Below, piece by piece: positions 37,334 to 47,698 of a stretch of 59,237 nt of DNA. Each line of letters opens with the position of its first letter. Position 1 is the first letter of the stretch. The stretch comes from Candidatus Bathyarchaeia archaeon (lineage in GTDB: Archaea; Thermoproteota; Bathyarchaeia; Bathyarchaeales; Bathycorpusculaceae). Under the pieces are notes generated by a model, which did no database searches, was not told the DNA's origin, and was given only the letters and a program-made list of their open reading frames with translations. The stretch is from contig JBEKOM010000012.1 of NCBI GenBank assembly GCA_049521795.1, positions 1 through 59,237 of the forward strand, given 5' to 3'. Both the position numbers and the translations under genes were made by a program.

Positions 37334-37876
37334 TTAACGGTTATGTACTTTTTTGCGATATTTCTCAGCCGTTGACTCGTATTTCGAAGCCATCTTTTTG
37401 ACAAAATCTTTTATGTTCTGGTCTTCGCCGTAAACGAGCAAGGAGCCGTTCTTGTGAACGTTGTAAGAGAGGTTCATCTGATCCGCAATTGCCGTCAGTT
37501 TTTCAAGGGGTAAGTCTGCCGAGGATGTGACGCGAATCCACTTTCGGTGCCTTGGGAGTCCAGGGATAAACCTTGTTTCTTTGTCCTCCTCGTCAAGGAT
37601 TTCTTTGTTGGCTTTGTCCAATCGCTCAAGCCATTTGTCAGCGTATTCGATCCCGAACTCTCTTTGGCCTTCAGAAATGAGGTAGGATTCCACGTTTTCC
37701 AAGCATCGCTCAATTTTCTGAACGTTTTCTCCGCGGGTCGGTTCAGCCTTCAAGATTTTAATCAGGGTCTTCGCATTTTTAAGGTCGTTCATGATTTCTG
37801 TTGGAACTTTCAATTCTTTCTTGCGAAAGTCTGTGACCATCTGTTCCAGAGCTTTCCACACAGCAACGTAACCCAT
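37334..37876 (-). CDS. DUF2096-like archaeal protein
   Basis: W..L, GIEYADKW, RFIPGLPR...WIRV pattern. Confidence 0.7.
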   Translation of the reverse strand: MGYVAVWKALEQMVTDFRKKELKVPTEIMNDLKNAKTLIKILKAEPTRGENVQKIERCLENVESYLISEGQREFGIEYADKWLERLDKANKEILDEEDKETRFIPGLPRHRKWIRVTSSADLPLEKLTAIADQMNLSYNVHKNGSLLVYGEDQNIKDFVKKMASKYESTAEKYRKKVHNR

Positions 37877-37986
37877 GTAACGGTCGCCGCTCCAAAGGGG
37901 TTAGGCAAGCAGCATTATATAGCGATTGTCATCCAAACAGGATCAAGTCAAAATCAAAACGTGAAAGATTCGGCGGGTCTTGTATT

Positions 37987-38526
37987 CTAACGTTTTCCGA
38001 ATTTTTCTCGGTACACTATCTGGCGAAGCGTCTTTCTGTCCTTCTTTGGAACTTCGTGTTTAACCTTGCCAAGTGGCAAGAGCGCGATCACTCGATGGTT
38101 TTTCGGAAGTTCAAGAATTTCCTTAACTTTGGACTCGGCTGAGTTCTTCTGGTTCATTAGGTCGTAGATTCCGATCCAGGAGGTGTTTAGTCCTAGGCTG
38201 TGAGCCGCCAGTGCCATGTTCTGTGTGGCCGCTGCCCCGTCTTCAACGTGGTGATAGGGGTCTTCGTTAGAGTCAACGGTGACCGCGATGCAGACTGGTG
38301 CTTCCTTCAGTCCCTGCACGAAGGTGGTTGGAACGGTCTCGCTGAGTTCGTCCTTTGTTTCTTGGTCTCTGATAACTATAAAACTCCAAGGTTGCTTGTT
38401 GATCCAAGAGGGTGCCCACCGGCCGGCTTCGAGAATGGCTTCGACCTTATCTTCTTCAACTGGGGTGCCTTCAAACCTTAAGACGCTGCGCCTGTTCCTA
38501 ATGGCGTCGAGAACCTCATTAGCCAC
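37987..38526 (-). CDS. nitroreductase family protein
   Basis: RRSV..F, APS..N.QPW.F, QNMALAAHSLGL; GTG start inferred. Confidence 0.93.
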   Translation of the reverse strand: MANEVLDAIRNRRSVLRFEGTPVEEDKVEAILEAGRWAPSWINKQPWSFIVIRDQETKDELSETVPTTFVQGLKEAPVCIAVTVDSNEDPYHHVEDGAAATQNMALAAHSLGLNTSWIGIYDLMNQKNSAESKVKEILELPKNHRVIALLPLGKVKHEVPKKDRKTLRQIVYREKFGKR

Positions 38527-38760
38527 GGTTTCATCCCTCTCTTCGAGTACATATTCAACGCTTTTGTTTAAAAGGTTAACGTGCGTGGTGAGAGCAAGAG
38601 CAGTCAAAGTGTCTGACGACCCTAAACGGAGGTTGAGCGTGCTCTGGGCAAGCTCTAGACATTGTTTCGGTAGGCTGAAAGTGGATTTCCAATTAGATTC
38701 TTGTTTTCATAAGTGTTTAATTCCACAAGTTGCAAGTGTTGCTTGCAGGGTGAAGTGCCT

Positions 38761-38979
38761 TTGAACGAACAAATCTTTCAAGCTTGCAAGGAATTGATTG
38801 ACGACGCAAAAATGGGATGCGCCGACTTGGTTTTTAAAGAAATCTGCCTTGAAATTCTTTCCAGAGCACGACATGTTCTGACAGATCCTCAGTTTAAGAA
38901 ATTAGCAACCTATGCGGCTCAAAAAATGAACGAGAAGATGCCCTTTGAACTGCGAGAAGAAATTGCTATGAACAGATAG
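38761..38979 (+). CDS. small helical hypothetical protein
   Basis: TTG start preceded by GGTGA; 72 aa. Confidence 0.6.
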   Translation: MNEQIFQACKELIDDAKMGCADLVFKEICLEILSRARHVLTDPQFKKLATYAAQKMNEKMPFELREEIAMNR

Positions 38980-39065
38980 AACATAGCTTCCATTTTTGAT
39001 CAACCGAACATCAGCGCTATCCGCAGGCATCTTCGCCCTGCGGCGCCAATTTTTTTCTGAAGAAC

Positions 39066-39551
39066 TCAGCTGAGTTTGTAACCTATTTTTCTCAGAAAAT
39101 CCTTTCGTGCCTTGATGTCTTTTTCGGCTTCGATGCCCTTGCTCGAGAAGCCGTCTACTACGCCGATTATTCCTCGACCCTGCTCAGTCTCTGCTATAAT
39201 TACCTCCAACGAATTAGCCGTTGCCGCGTAGATTGTGCATACCTCTGGCACAGTCTTAATCTTATCCAAGACGTTTATTGGGTAAGCGTTTTTCAGGAAG
39301 ATTATGAAGCTGTGGCCGCAGCTGATTTCCAGAGCTTTTTTCCCCGCCTGCTGTCTCAAATCGTCATCGTTTCCTTCGTGCCTGACCAAGCAGGGTCCTG
39401 AGCTTTCGCAGAAGCCTATCCCGAACTTTGCGCTTGGAACGGCGTTTACAAGGGCCTCATACAGGTCTTCAACGGTTTTGATGAAGTGTGCCATACCCAA
39501 AATCACGTTACAACCTTCTGGCACTTCAACCTTGACAGTCTTGAATTCCAG
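39066..39551 (-). CDS. adenosine-specific kinase (DUF355) family protein
   Basis: [40 protein letters not shown]; start probably CTG at 39551 (track uses GTG 39524). Confidence 0.9.
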   Translation of the reverse strand: MEFKTVKVEVPEGCNVILGMAHFIKTVEDLYEALVNAVPSAKFGIGFCESSGPCLVRHEGNDDDLRQQAGKKALEISCGHSFIIFLKNAYPINVLDKIKTVPEVCTIYAATANSLEVIIAETEQGRGIIGVVDGFSSKGIEAEKDIKARKDFLRKIGYKLS

Positions 39552-39599
39552 CGTAGTTTCCCTCAGGTCGATTCTAAGACGCCTGAATTTAAGACTTCG

Positions 39600-40901
39600 C
39601 TAATCGTGTTTCAGCCTTGCGACTTTCATGGCGAACAACGCCGTGCCAACGGCCACTATGATTGCCGCTGCGTAAAAAGCGTTCACGTATGACGCGTAAG
39701 ATGACAGTCCTAACCTTTGGACCTGCAGATCCGCGAACGGTCCGCCGATAAGGATTCCAGCAGGTCCCCAACTCAGCGCCATGACAGTATTGAACCTGCT
39801 CAGCAGTCTTCCTCTCCTGTGCTTCGGAATAAGGTCTCCTGCGAGTACGAAACCCACTGTTTGAATAGTCCAGAACGAAACGCCGTTCAATCCGTAAATA
39901 AAAGCCATCAAAGGCACGGTGGAAGCGTGAAGATAGAACAGCGGCGTGACTGTTGACAGAATGAGTCCAAGAAGCAACACCTTGCTCCTTCCAAACCTGT
40001 CTGAAAGTCTTCCTGCGCTTAAACTGGCTATCATTCCGCCCACGGTCCATGCTGACGTCACAAGAGTGACTTGGGTGTCAGTGAAGTTCAAGCCTTGTGG
40101 AAGCTGTAGGAAGAGAAGGAATATTTGGTTAATTGAGGCTGCGCCCAAGACTATTATCACGAGGGACGCTAGGAACCAATGGTAAGGTTTCTCACTTTGG
40201 ATAACTGGCTCGTTTTCTTCTGTCTCTGTTTGTGCTGTAGTAGCTTGCTGCGGTGTTGCACGTGTTGCTGCGATTCGTCTTGACGTGAAAGCCATCAGAG
40301 CGGCGCCTATGAGGAGCATGATGATAACTATGTAGAAGATTGTTCCGTTCTCGAAGCCTTCGCCTCCGAGGTATAAGAAGCCGGAGTAGAGAATTCCCAC
40401 CATCCTTCCTAGTGAAGCGATGAAGTTCATCGAGCCTACGACTCTGCCCCGATTTTCAGGAGTTGTGATGTCAGTGAGCAGGGCCGCCCACCCCACGTCT
40501 GACATGGACCAGAAGAACTCGAGAATTGACAGACCGATGATTATTGCTAAACCCGCTGCGAAATTGTTTCCACCGTCAATCAATGATTTGTGAACCAGAA
40601 AGACAATCAAGTAGGTGAATGCTGCGATCGTTTCGCCCATCACTATCAGCTTTGCTCGGATCTTGTACTTGTCGCATATTCTTCCCCACAGCAGATTTTG
40701 GCCAAGCGAAGATGCCACCATGGTCATGGTTCCCAGGGCGGCTGTCGACGTTACGGTGTTCATCAGTTTGTAAAGGTAGTAGATCATGAAAGTGTAGAAT
40801 ACTCCTCTTCGAAGGAACGTGAGAAACTCGAAAACACTCAGGTTGAAGAAAGTGTTTCTATATGTTCTTCGCTTCTGAATCTCAGTCTCATTGTTTGCCA
40901 T
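39600..40901 (-). CDS. MFS transporter
   Basis: About 12 hydrophobic helices; GRICDKY and GRLSDRFGR motifs. Confidence 0.92.
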   Translation of the reverse strand: MANNETEIQKRRTYRNTFFNLSVFEFLTFLRRGVFYTFMIYYLYKLMNTVTSTAALGTMTMVASSLGQNLLWGRICDKYKIRAKLIVMGETIAAFTYLIVFLVHKSLIDGGNNFAAGLAIIIGLSILEFFWSMSDVGWAALLTDITTPENRGRVVGSMNFIASLGRMVGILYSGFLYLGGEGFENGTIFYIVIIMLLIGAALMAFTSRRIAATRATPQQATTAQTETEENEPVIQSEKPYHWFLASLVIIVLGAASINQIFLLFLQLPQGLNFTDTQVTLVTSAWTVGGMIASLSAGRLSDRFGRSKVLLLGLILSTVTPLFYLHASTVPLMAFIYGLNGVSFWTIQTVGFVLAGDLIPKHRRGRLLSRFNTVMALSWGPAGILIGGPFADLQVQRLGLSSYASYVNAFYAAAIIVAVGTALFAMKVARLKHD

Positions 40902-40967
40902 CCAAAGAATCACTCTTTCAGTTTGACGGATTCCTGAAAATGGTGACGATCGGAAAAAAGTGTTTTG

Positions 40968-42065
40968 CTAGATTAAGAACTTGCCGTTCTTGTAGAACAG
41001 CTTGTCATCTGCGTAGATCTCTCCGTCTTTCTTCATGTCCTTCAGTATGTCCCAGTGTATTGCTGACCTGTTTTTGCCTCCTGATTCTGGGTAAGAGTTG
41101 CCTAGAGCCATGTGCACCGTGCCGCCCATTTTTTCGTCAAAGAGCATGTTTTTGGTGAATCTAGTTATTCCGTAGTTTGTACCAATCGCGGTTTCACCGA
41201 GGCGGTCCGCTCCTTCTATCTTCAGCGTTTGCTGTAGAAAATCGTCACCCTTTGCTGCTGAGGCCTTCACTACTCTTCCGTCTTTGAATGTGAGCCTGAT
41301 GTCTTCGATTTCTCTGCCGGAGAATATTCCTGGGAAGGTGAATCTTATGGTTCCGTTGGCCGAGTTTTCGACTGGTCCTGTGAACACTTCACCGTCAGGC
41401 ATGTTCTCTTTTCCGCTGCAGTTTATCCATTTCCTTCCTTCTGCCTTGAACGTTAAGTCCGTGTCCTCACCCACCACACGAATCTCGCTTGTTTGGTCCA
41501 GAAATTCGCAGATTTTCTGCTGCCCTTGATGAACTTTCTTCCATTCAGCAATTGGGTCTTCCTTGCCGACGAGGCAGCTGCTGTAGACAAAGTCTTCGTA
41601 CTCGCTCATTGCCATGCCGCCTTCTTGCGCTTGAGCGTTTATCGGGTAGGGTAAGCCAGTCCATCTAAGTTTGCCCTCCGCAATACGCCTGTAGAAGATC
41701 TCTTGTAGCTCTTTTCCGGAAGCCATGCGTGTTCTGATCTTCACAGGGTCCACGGTAGACAGTCCCCTCGGACTCGGTTCGCAAAATATGCTTATGCGCA
41801 CATCTATGTTTTCCATCGTGAACTTCTGAATGGGGGAAACGAACTTCAGTTGATGTTCTTTTGCGTACTTGAAGAACGTGTACTGCGTATCTAGGTTTGC
41901 GAGGATCGTCGGGTGCGCGCCGCTTATGAGGCATTCCTTGAAGATTTCGTTGATCAACGGGAAAGCCTGTTCGCTTCCTTGTATAAGCACCAGCTCATCA
42001 GGTTTCACGTCAACGCTGTATTTGACGCAGAGTGTTGCGAGCTTTTCGATTCTTTGGTCGACCAT
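40968..42065 (-). CDS. M29 aminopeptidase
   Basis: NMPDGEVFT.P, GE.AIG.N, LFDEK.GGT.HMALG, SAIHWD. Confidence 0.95.
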   Translation of the reverse strand: MVDQRIEKLATLCVKYSVDVKPDELVLIQGSEQAFPLINEIFKECLISGAHPTILANLDTQYTFFKYAKEHQLKFVSPIQKFTMENIDVRISIFCEPSPRGLSTVDPVKIRTRMASGKELQEIFYRRIAEGKLRWTGLPYPINAQAQEGGMAMSEYEDFVYSSCLVGKEDPIAEWKKVHQGQQKICEFLDQTSEIRVVGEDTDLTFKAEGRKWINCSGKENMPDGEVFTGPVENSANGTIRFTFPGIFSGREIEDIRLTFKDGRVVKASAAKGDDFLQQTLKIEGADRLGETAIGTNYGITRFTKNMLFDEKMGGTVHMALGNSYPESGGKNRSAIHWDILKDMKKDGEIYADDKLFYKNGKFLI

Positions 42066-42329
42066 TCGCTTCACCGTTTGAAAGAACCCTAAGTGAGCAA
42101 GACTGTGCTTAAAAATGTGATGCTGAAAATCGCCAGATACGACAAGGAGTCTGCTCTAGCTGGCCTCCTATTGAACTGCGTTCATTGAAAAAGATGGGCT
42201 AACATTATGGAAGAAGTCACCGTTGGGCCTTGTTTCTTCATGGCAAGTTTTATAAGTTGCCAGTCCATTTCATAGCGTCGTGCAAGAAGCAATTTCTGCA
42301 CAAACCAATCAAAGGAGTTGAAATAGTAT

Positions 42330-42470
42330 ATGGCAGAGAAAGAAATGCATAAGGCAGTTTGTGCTGATTGTGGAAAGGAGTGCGAAGTTCCCTTCAAACC
42401 CGACCCAAGCAGACCTGTTTACTGCCGAGAATGCTGGTCTAAGCGAAGAACTTCGACAAGAAGATTCTAG
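42330..42470 (+). CDS. CxxC-x17-CxxC domain small protein (46 aa)
   Basis: MAEKEMHKAVCADCGKECEVPFKPDPSRPVYCRECWSKRR; AGGAG SD; missed by the ORF track. Confidence 0.92.
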   Translation: MAEKEMHKAVCADCGKECEVPFKPDPSRPVYCRECWSKRRTSTRRF

Positions 42471-42646
42471 ACCAAACTAATCGATCCTGCAGAATCGACC
42501 ATTCTAACTTTTTTCTTATCCCAGTATAAACTTTTTTCATACGTATTCCGAAAGACTCAATAATAAATCACGAAAGCACGTCTTGCCAAGCTATGATACC
42601 GAAAGCTCTAAATTCGATACCGCTGGTTCTTTCCTGAACGCAGCCC

Positions 42647-42720
42647 GGGCCGGTAGTTCAGTTGGTATGAATGCCTGACTTGCACTCAGGAGGTCTGGGG
42701 TTCAAGTCCCCACCGGTCCA
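42647..42720 (+). tRNA. tRNA-Ala(TGC)
   Basis: GGGCCGG/CCGGTCC with G3:U70; CCTGA-CTTGCAC-TCAGG; TTCAAGT loop. Confidence 0.96.
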
Positions 42721-43012
42721 CCTCTTTCCAGAAATAGGGTTCAAATCAGGGTTTTCTGTTTGCGTCCTGTTTTGAGGTCCAGTTTGTGTACTTCCTCTAA
42801 CAGGCTTGAGTTTCTGATAGGAGTACTCTTTGATGTTGGTTGACTCCTCATACTAGTAGGGGGCACCATAATGCTCTTGTGCAGAAAAAGGAAACTGTGG
42901 CAATTGGCTGAAGATGGAAACCATCAATTTCAGAGACTCCTTAGGAGTTTTTCACCGAATATGGAAAAACGAATTGATTCAACAGAGAAAAAAGGATGAT
43001 GTTTCGACTGTT

Positions 43013-43351
43013 CTATTTGAGTGCTATCTTCACTGTTTTTATTGTTTTCTTCAAAGGTAGGTTGAGGCTTAGAACCCCATCTTTGAATACTGCTTCAACT
43101 TTCTTCAAGTCCACTTCATGAGCCAAGCTGTAATAGGCAGAATACAGTACGTTCTTCTTCTGACCTTTAATGGCAAAACTTATTTCGGTAGCCTCAATCT
43201 GAACGTCTTTCTTCTTTACTCCTGGCAATTGAGCTTCGATCAAGTATTTCTCAGAATCATGGTAGATGGCACTGACAGGATTGACCAACCATTCCCACAC
43301 AGTCGAAGGAACAATTTCAGTCTTCTTTGGCACTATCTTCTTCTTGCTCAT
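43013..43351 (-). CDS. Hsp20/alpha-crystallin family protein
   Basis: QLPGVKKKDV, A.FKDGVL.L.LP, terminal I.L. Confidence 0.88.
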   Translation of the reverse strand: MSKKKIVPKKTEIVPSTVWEWLVNPVSAIYHDSEKYLIEAQLPGVKKKDVQIEATEISFAIKGQKKNVLYSAYYSLAHEVDLKKVEAVFKDGVLSLNLPLKKTIKTVKIALK

Positions 43352-43423
43352 AGAATTTCCCTAGCCTCTGGTATCTGACGATAACTTGCATTTATAATTT
43401 CCCAATCTCCAAGATTACAGGGA

Positions 43424-43449
43424 CCCCCTAAAAGTCTTTCATCGAAGTT
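43424..43449. repeat. imperfect direct repeat, copy 1 (copy 2 at 45414-45439)
   Basis: CCCCCTAAAAGTCTTTCATCGAAGTT vs CCCCCTAGAAGCTTTTCATCGTAGTT, 22/26 identical. Confidence 0.6.
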
Positions 43450-43528
43450 TCGAGATTTCAAGCCTAGAGAGAGGTCAATCACAAACCATAAGAACTGAGC
43501 ACTTGGACTTGCTAGGTGGTGCCAGAGA

Positions 43529-44077
43529 TTGCTTGAAGGTAGGACTGTAAATCTGAGAGTCTTGGAGAAGGAGGATTTGGCACTTTTTGCAGAATGGATT
43601 AACAAACCTAAGTTCTTTGGCGAATACATGAGTTTAATGCAGTTGTCCAAATCAGAGACAGAGAAAATGCTTGAGAATGAGAGAGCATATGAAATGAAGG
43701 ATTTCATTATAGAGAAAAAGGACGGTGGCAGAATAGGTCTGATATTCCATTTCTATGTCTTGCACCCAGCAGGTAGGCAACTAGAAATCGGCTATGCTCT
43801 TGTTCCAAGTGAGAGAGGCAAAGGCTACTGCACAGAAGCTATCAGAATTATGGTAGACTACTTGTTTCTGTCGAGAGACACTATGCGTGTTCAAGCCTGC
43901 ACAGATACCGGGAATCTGGCTTCTCAGAAGGTTCTGGAAAAAACAGGCTTCAAGAGGGAAGGAGTGTCGAGAAAGAATTTCTTCACCAGAGGAAGATGGA
44001 CAGACGACTATCTTTACAGCATTCTTAGAGAAGAATGGAAAGAACCAAAGATACTGACAAGAACCGACAACAAGTAG
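43529..44077 (+). CDS. GNAT (RimJ/RimL-type) acetyltransferase
   Basis: EIGY...RGKGYCTEA, N.ASQKVLEK.GF.REG. Confidence 0.93.
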   Translation: MLEGRTVNLRVLEKEDLALFAEWINKPKFFGEYMSLMQLSKSETEKMLENERAYEMKDFIIEKKDGGRIGLIFHFYVLHPAGRQLEIGYALVPSERGKGYCTEAIRIMVDYLFLSRDTMRVQACTDTGNLASQKVLEKTGFKREGVSRKNFFTRGRWTDDYLYSILREEWKEPKILTRTDNK

Positions 44078-44684
44078 AAAGATTCTGTCTGCCATTAGCG
44101 TGTAAAGATGCGTTGGTGTGTGCAGTGCCAACGGTTGAGATGCTGGAATCTCCAGTAGGTTTTGTCTGCTTCCTCTTGGCCATTCCATTTAGCACAAAAG
44201 CAGACAAGAACAGAATCAGTGAAGGAAAAACAAGGTAGAAGCCAAGCTGATATTCTCCAGAAATCATCATGCCTGTGTAGACCATTAGTGCTATGGTTAA
44301 TAGGCTGAGCAGAACTGATGCAAATGGCAAAATTCTTCTGTTGAAAATGATGGAGGCTACACCGAAGAGCAGAGTCAAGGCTTGAATTGTAAACATCGGT
44401 ACAAGTATCCATGGTATCCCAAGCCCCACATCCAGATAGGGACTGAACCAATAGTCAGAGAACCAATACTGACTTGAACCAAAATGAAAATCGAATGAAT
44501 AGTGATAATCAGACTCGTAGGACCAATAGTAGGTCGTTGTTCTCCCGGCAGTAGTAATCCCACTGATATTATAGAAGGGAGAAATGAACGAAATCAGAAA
44601 TAGCAAGCATCCAAAAGTAGCAAAAAATCTTTTCAGCGTATTGATACCTAGATGTCTGGTAACCATGCCCTTGATAGTAGCCAT
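44025..44684 (-). CDS. multi-pass membrane hypothetical protein
   Basis: Four hydrophobic helices with an aromatic-rich loop; 3' end overlaps the convergent GNAT gene. Confidence 0.7.
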   Translation of the reverse strand: MATIKGMVTRHLGINTLKRFFATFGCLLFLISFISPFYNISGITTAGRTTTYYWSYESDYHYSFDFHFGSSQYWFSDYWFSPYLDVGLGIPWILVPMFTIQALTLLFGVASIIFNRRILPFASVLLSLLTIALMVYTGMMISGEYQLGFYLVFPSLILFLSAFVLNGMAKRKQTKPTGDSSISTVGTAHTNASLHANGRQNLSTCCRFLSVSLVLSILL

Positions 44685-44848
44685 GTTACCCTCTACAGAA
44701 TATCACTCTAGGTTCCCTAAAACCCTGTTGGAACAGCATCTCACCAATATAGAACATAATCTCGGTTCTGTGATGGCTTTGAGCGTTCTGTCTCTGAGTT
44801 GCCTGCTTACAGAAGATTTCTTAAATGAATTAGGTTCTAATTAGATGT

Positions 44849-45379
44849 TTGACTGTGGAATCGGGGGAAACTACGTTGAAGGATATTGAGCTTAGACTGA
44901 TTTCTGAACTGGTGAAGAACAGCAGGAGAAGTGACAGGGAGCTTGCTAAGGTACTTGGCATTTCTCAACCAACCGTTTCAAGAACAAGAATGAGACTTGA
45001 GACACAAGGGCTCATAGATTACAGTGCAATTCCAAATTTGGCTAAACTGGGTTTCGAAATAATCGCCGTAACATTTGGAAAGCGAGACTACCGGAAGCAT
45101 CCTGAAACAAATCTCCAAAAAGCTAAAGACTTCGCTGAAAGACATCCGGGCATCATCTTCGGTGCTTTTGGCAGTGGGCTAGGTTATGACAGAATAGTAA
45201 TCTCGATTCACAGAAACTATTCCGACTATTCCAAGTTTTTACAAGAGATGCGAAATGAATGGGCAGAGATCATCAACGTCAAGGACTCTTTCAAGGTAAG
45301 TTTGAACAGCAAAGAAGTCATCCAACCACTCTCTCTAAAAAACTTCGCAGACCATCTGAAGAGTGAAAAAGAGCGCTAA
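44849..45379 (+). CDS. Lrp/AsnC-type transcriptional regulator
   Basis: KNSRRSDRELAK.LG.SQPTVSR.R..LE, P....LG. Confidence 0.9.
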   Translation: MTVESGETTLKDIELRLISELVKNSRRSDRELAKVLGISQPTVSRTRMRLETQGLIDYSAIPNLAKLGFEIIAVTFGKRDYRKHPETNLQKAKDFAERHPGIIFGAFGSGLGYDRIVISIHRNYSDYSKFLQEMRNEWAEIINVKDSFKVSLNSKEVIQPLSLKNFADHLKSEKER

Positions 45380-45413
45380 GAGACAACGCCTGATAATCAA
45401 GACTTCAAAGACC

Positions 45414-45439
45414 CCCCCTAGAAGCTTTTCATCGTAGTT
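45414..45439. repeat. imperfect direct repeat, copy 2
   Basis: See 43424-43449. Confidence 0.6.
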
Positions 45440-45575
45440 CTATTGATCACTTTTACAGAAAAAGAGAGATTGGGTCACAGGAGAGAAGAATATCTGCAAA
45501 GCGCGCGCAAAGAGTTATTGGATCAAAGATAAATGTAGCCATGCGTTGGAGACTTTTCATCGTTTGTGCTCGGCT

Positions 45576-46754
45576 CTAAGCTGGTCTTAGTGACCTAGCG
45601 TACTTCTTGAGAATCTCTGCTTTGTCGGTTTTTTCCCATGTGAAGTCTGGGTCGTCTCTGCCAAAGTGGCCAAACACAGCCGTTTTTCTGTATATTGGTC
45701 TAAGCAAATTCAGATAATTTATTATTGCCTTGGGTCTCATGTCGAAATGTGTTTTGACCAGTTCAAGAATTCTTTCATCAGGTATCTTCCCAGTGCCAAA
45801 CGTGTTTACCATCACAGAAACTGGTTGTGCAATGCCAATGGCGTAAGATATCTGGACCTCGCACTGGTCTGCCAAACCTGCTGCCACAACGTTTTTTGCA
45901 ATGTACCTTGCCATGTAGCAGCCAGACCTATCGACTTTTGATGGGTCTTTTCCGGAAAAGCATCCTCCGCCGTGACTGCCGACGCCTCCGTAGGTGTCGA
46001 CTATTATTTTTCTTCCAGTTAAGCCCGAATCTGCTAGAGTTCCTCCGACAACGAACCTTCCCGTCTCATTGACATAGTATTTTGTCTCTTTATCCAGCAT
46101 GTCTGAAGGTATGACCTTTCTTATGACTTGACTTATCACGTCTTCTTTCATCTTCTTTTTGTCAACGCTCTCAACGTGCTGAGCAGCTATCACAACGGCT
46201 TCCACTCTTTTGGGTTTTCCATTCACATATTCGACTGTGACCTGTGACTTTCCGTCTGGCCTTAGGTATGGCAAAACCTTGTTCTTTCTGCACTCGGAAA
46301 GTCTTCTCACAAGGTTGTGCGCTAACATGATTGGCAGGGGCATCAGTTCCTTCGTCTCGTTTGTGGCGTACCCGAACACCATTCCTTGGTCTCCAGCTCC
46401 CTGTTCATGAGCCTCGGACTCGTTAACTCCCATAGCAATGTCGGGGGACTGTTCGGTTATCGAAACCAAGACGCCGCAGGTCTCCCAGTCCATTCCATCT
46501 CTGGCGTTATCCAAGCCTATTTCCTTCAAAGTTCTTCTTGCAATGCTGGGAATATCCACGTAGCAAGAGGTTGTGATCTGACCTGTGACCACAACGTTTC
46601 CTTGCATAACCAGTGTTTCACAGTCAACTCTTGCTTTGGGATCCTTGCTTAAGACAGCATCAAGGACAGCATCTGATATCTGGTCGGCGACCTTGTCTGG
46701 ATGACCTTCTGCCACAGACTCCGAAGTGAACAGGTACCTTCGATTGTTAATCAT
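45576..46754 (-). CDS. metK: S-adenosylmethionine synthetase, bacterial/eukaryotic type
   Basis: [54 protein letters not shown]. Confidence 0.97.
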   Translation of the reverse strand: MINNRRYLFTSESVAEGHPDKVADQISDAVLDAVLSKDPKARVDCETLVMQGNVVVTGQITTSCYVDIPSIARRTLKEIGLDNARDGMDWETCGVLVSITEQSPDIAMGVNESEAHEQGAGDQGMVFGYATNETKELMPLPIMLAHNLVRRLSECRKNKVLPYLRPDGKSQVTVEYVNGKPKRVEAVVIAAQHVESVDKKKMKEDVISQVIRKVIPSDMLDKETKYYVNETGRFVVGGTLADSGLTGRKIIVDTYGGVGSHGGGCFSGKDPSKVDRSGCYMARYIAKNVVAAGLADQCEVQISYAIGIAQPVSVMVNTFGTGKIPDERILELVKTHFDMRPKAIINYLNLLRPIYRKTAVFGHFGRDDPDFTWEKTDKAEILKKYARSLRPA

Positions 46755-47065
46755 GAGAACCCCCCACTTGAGTTTGTAACACGGGGTTTTAACGATTTCG
46801 CATTCATTTCTCAAGAAACTCTGCCTTCCATAAGACTTCGAAATTTCGAACCTAATTCGTACGCCGAGTTCAGCGCGCGCTGGACATGCAGCATAATCTC
46901 TGTCTTATTGTTGGTAAGCAGGTTTTTGCTCTGAGCGGTAGTGCATACGGCTGCAAGAAGGAGGATTTTCGTCGTTGCTTAACGACCAGAAAAAGGAAGG
47001 CCGTCGAAGAAATAATGGGCTTCAACAAGTTCAGCGAAGCTTAGACGTTGAGCAAATGTTTCCAT

Positions 47066-47698
47066 TCACTGCTTGGTCTTCTCTCCGTTTTGAAACAGGT
47101 AGATGTCTCCAACGCCGGATACAGAGCCACTGTCATAAATGAGTGCACAGCGCTCGGGAATTGCGTATATTTTTCTTGCGTATGAGAGCTGTTTCAACTC
47201 GCTATCCTTTGAAGCTTTGTAGTGAACTTTGACGCTGAAGTCCACCAGACCGAGGCCTGGAATTATCACGGTTCTCTTGTTGCGTTTACCCCTGGTGAGT
47301 ATGCAGTCTTTGCCAAGCGCTAGGGCGCCTGCACTGTTTCCAACGATGAGTTTGTCGTATTCTCGCAATAAGCCGTCGACCTTTGCATCTAGTATACGTT
47401 CAAGCAGAATTCTCGTAACGCCGCCGGGCAGGTATATCAAGTCTGAACGCTTAGCCTTCTGAGCAATTTTCTCCAACGAATCTGAACATTCTGCAAATTC
47501 GACAGCGCTTGCACCGATGTCTTCAAAGTAATCGAGCAATATCTTCCCGTATTTTCCCATTTTGTCAGCCGATTCTGCTGTCCAGTTGAAAATCAGAACA
47601 ACAGGTGTCCCACCAGCTTCCATAAACGCCTTTTGATTAATCCCTCTAGAGTCTCTTTCTGCCACATCTTCGCCGCCGAGAAAATACAGCTTTGTCAT
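47066..47698 (-). CDS. peptidase S51 (peptidase E/cyanophycinase-like)
   Basis: IYLPGG, GNSAGA nucleophile elbow, GLGL, VHY. Confidence 0.88.
   Translation of the reverse strand: MTKLYFLGGEDVAERDSRGINQKAFMEAGGTPVVLIFNWTAESADKMGKYGKILLDYFEDIGASAVEFAECSDSLEKIAQKAKRSDLIYLPGGVTRILLERILDAKVDGLLREYDKLIVGNSAGALALGKDCILTRGKRNKRTVIIPGLGLVDFSVKVHYKASKDSELKQLSYARKIYAIPERCALIYDSGSVSGVGDIYLFQNGEKTKQ

Noticed and set aside
42737-42752. GGGTTCAAATC just after tRNA-Ala as an att duplicate
   Set aside because: Too short, differs from the tRNA T arm and lacks the acceptor-stem match.
46755-47060. SAM riboswitch upstream of metK
   Set aside because: A TATA-like box sits close to the ATG, implying a short leader, and no SAM-I core sequences are visible.
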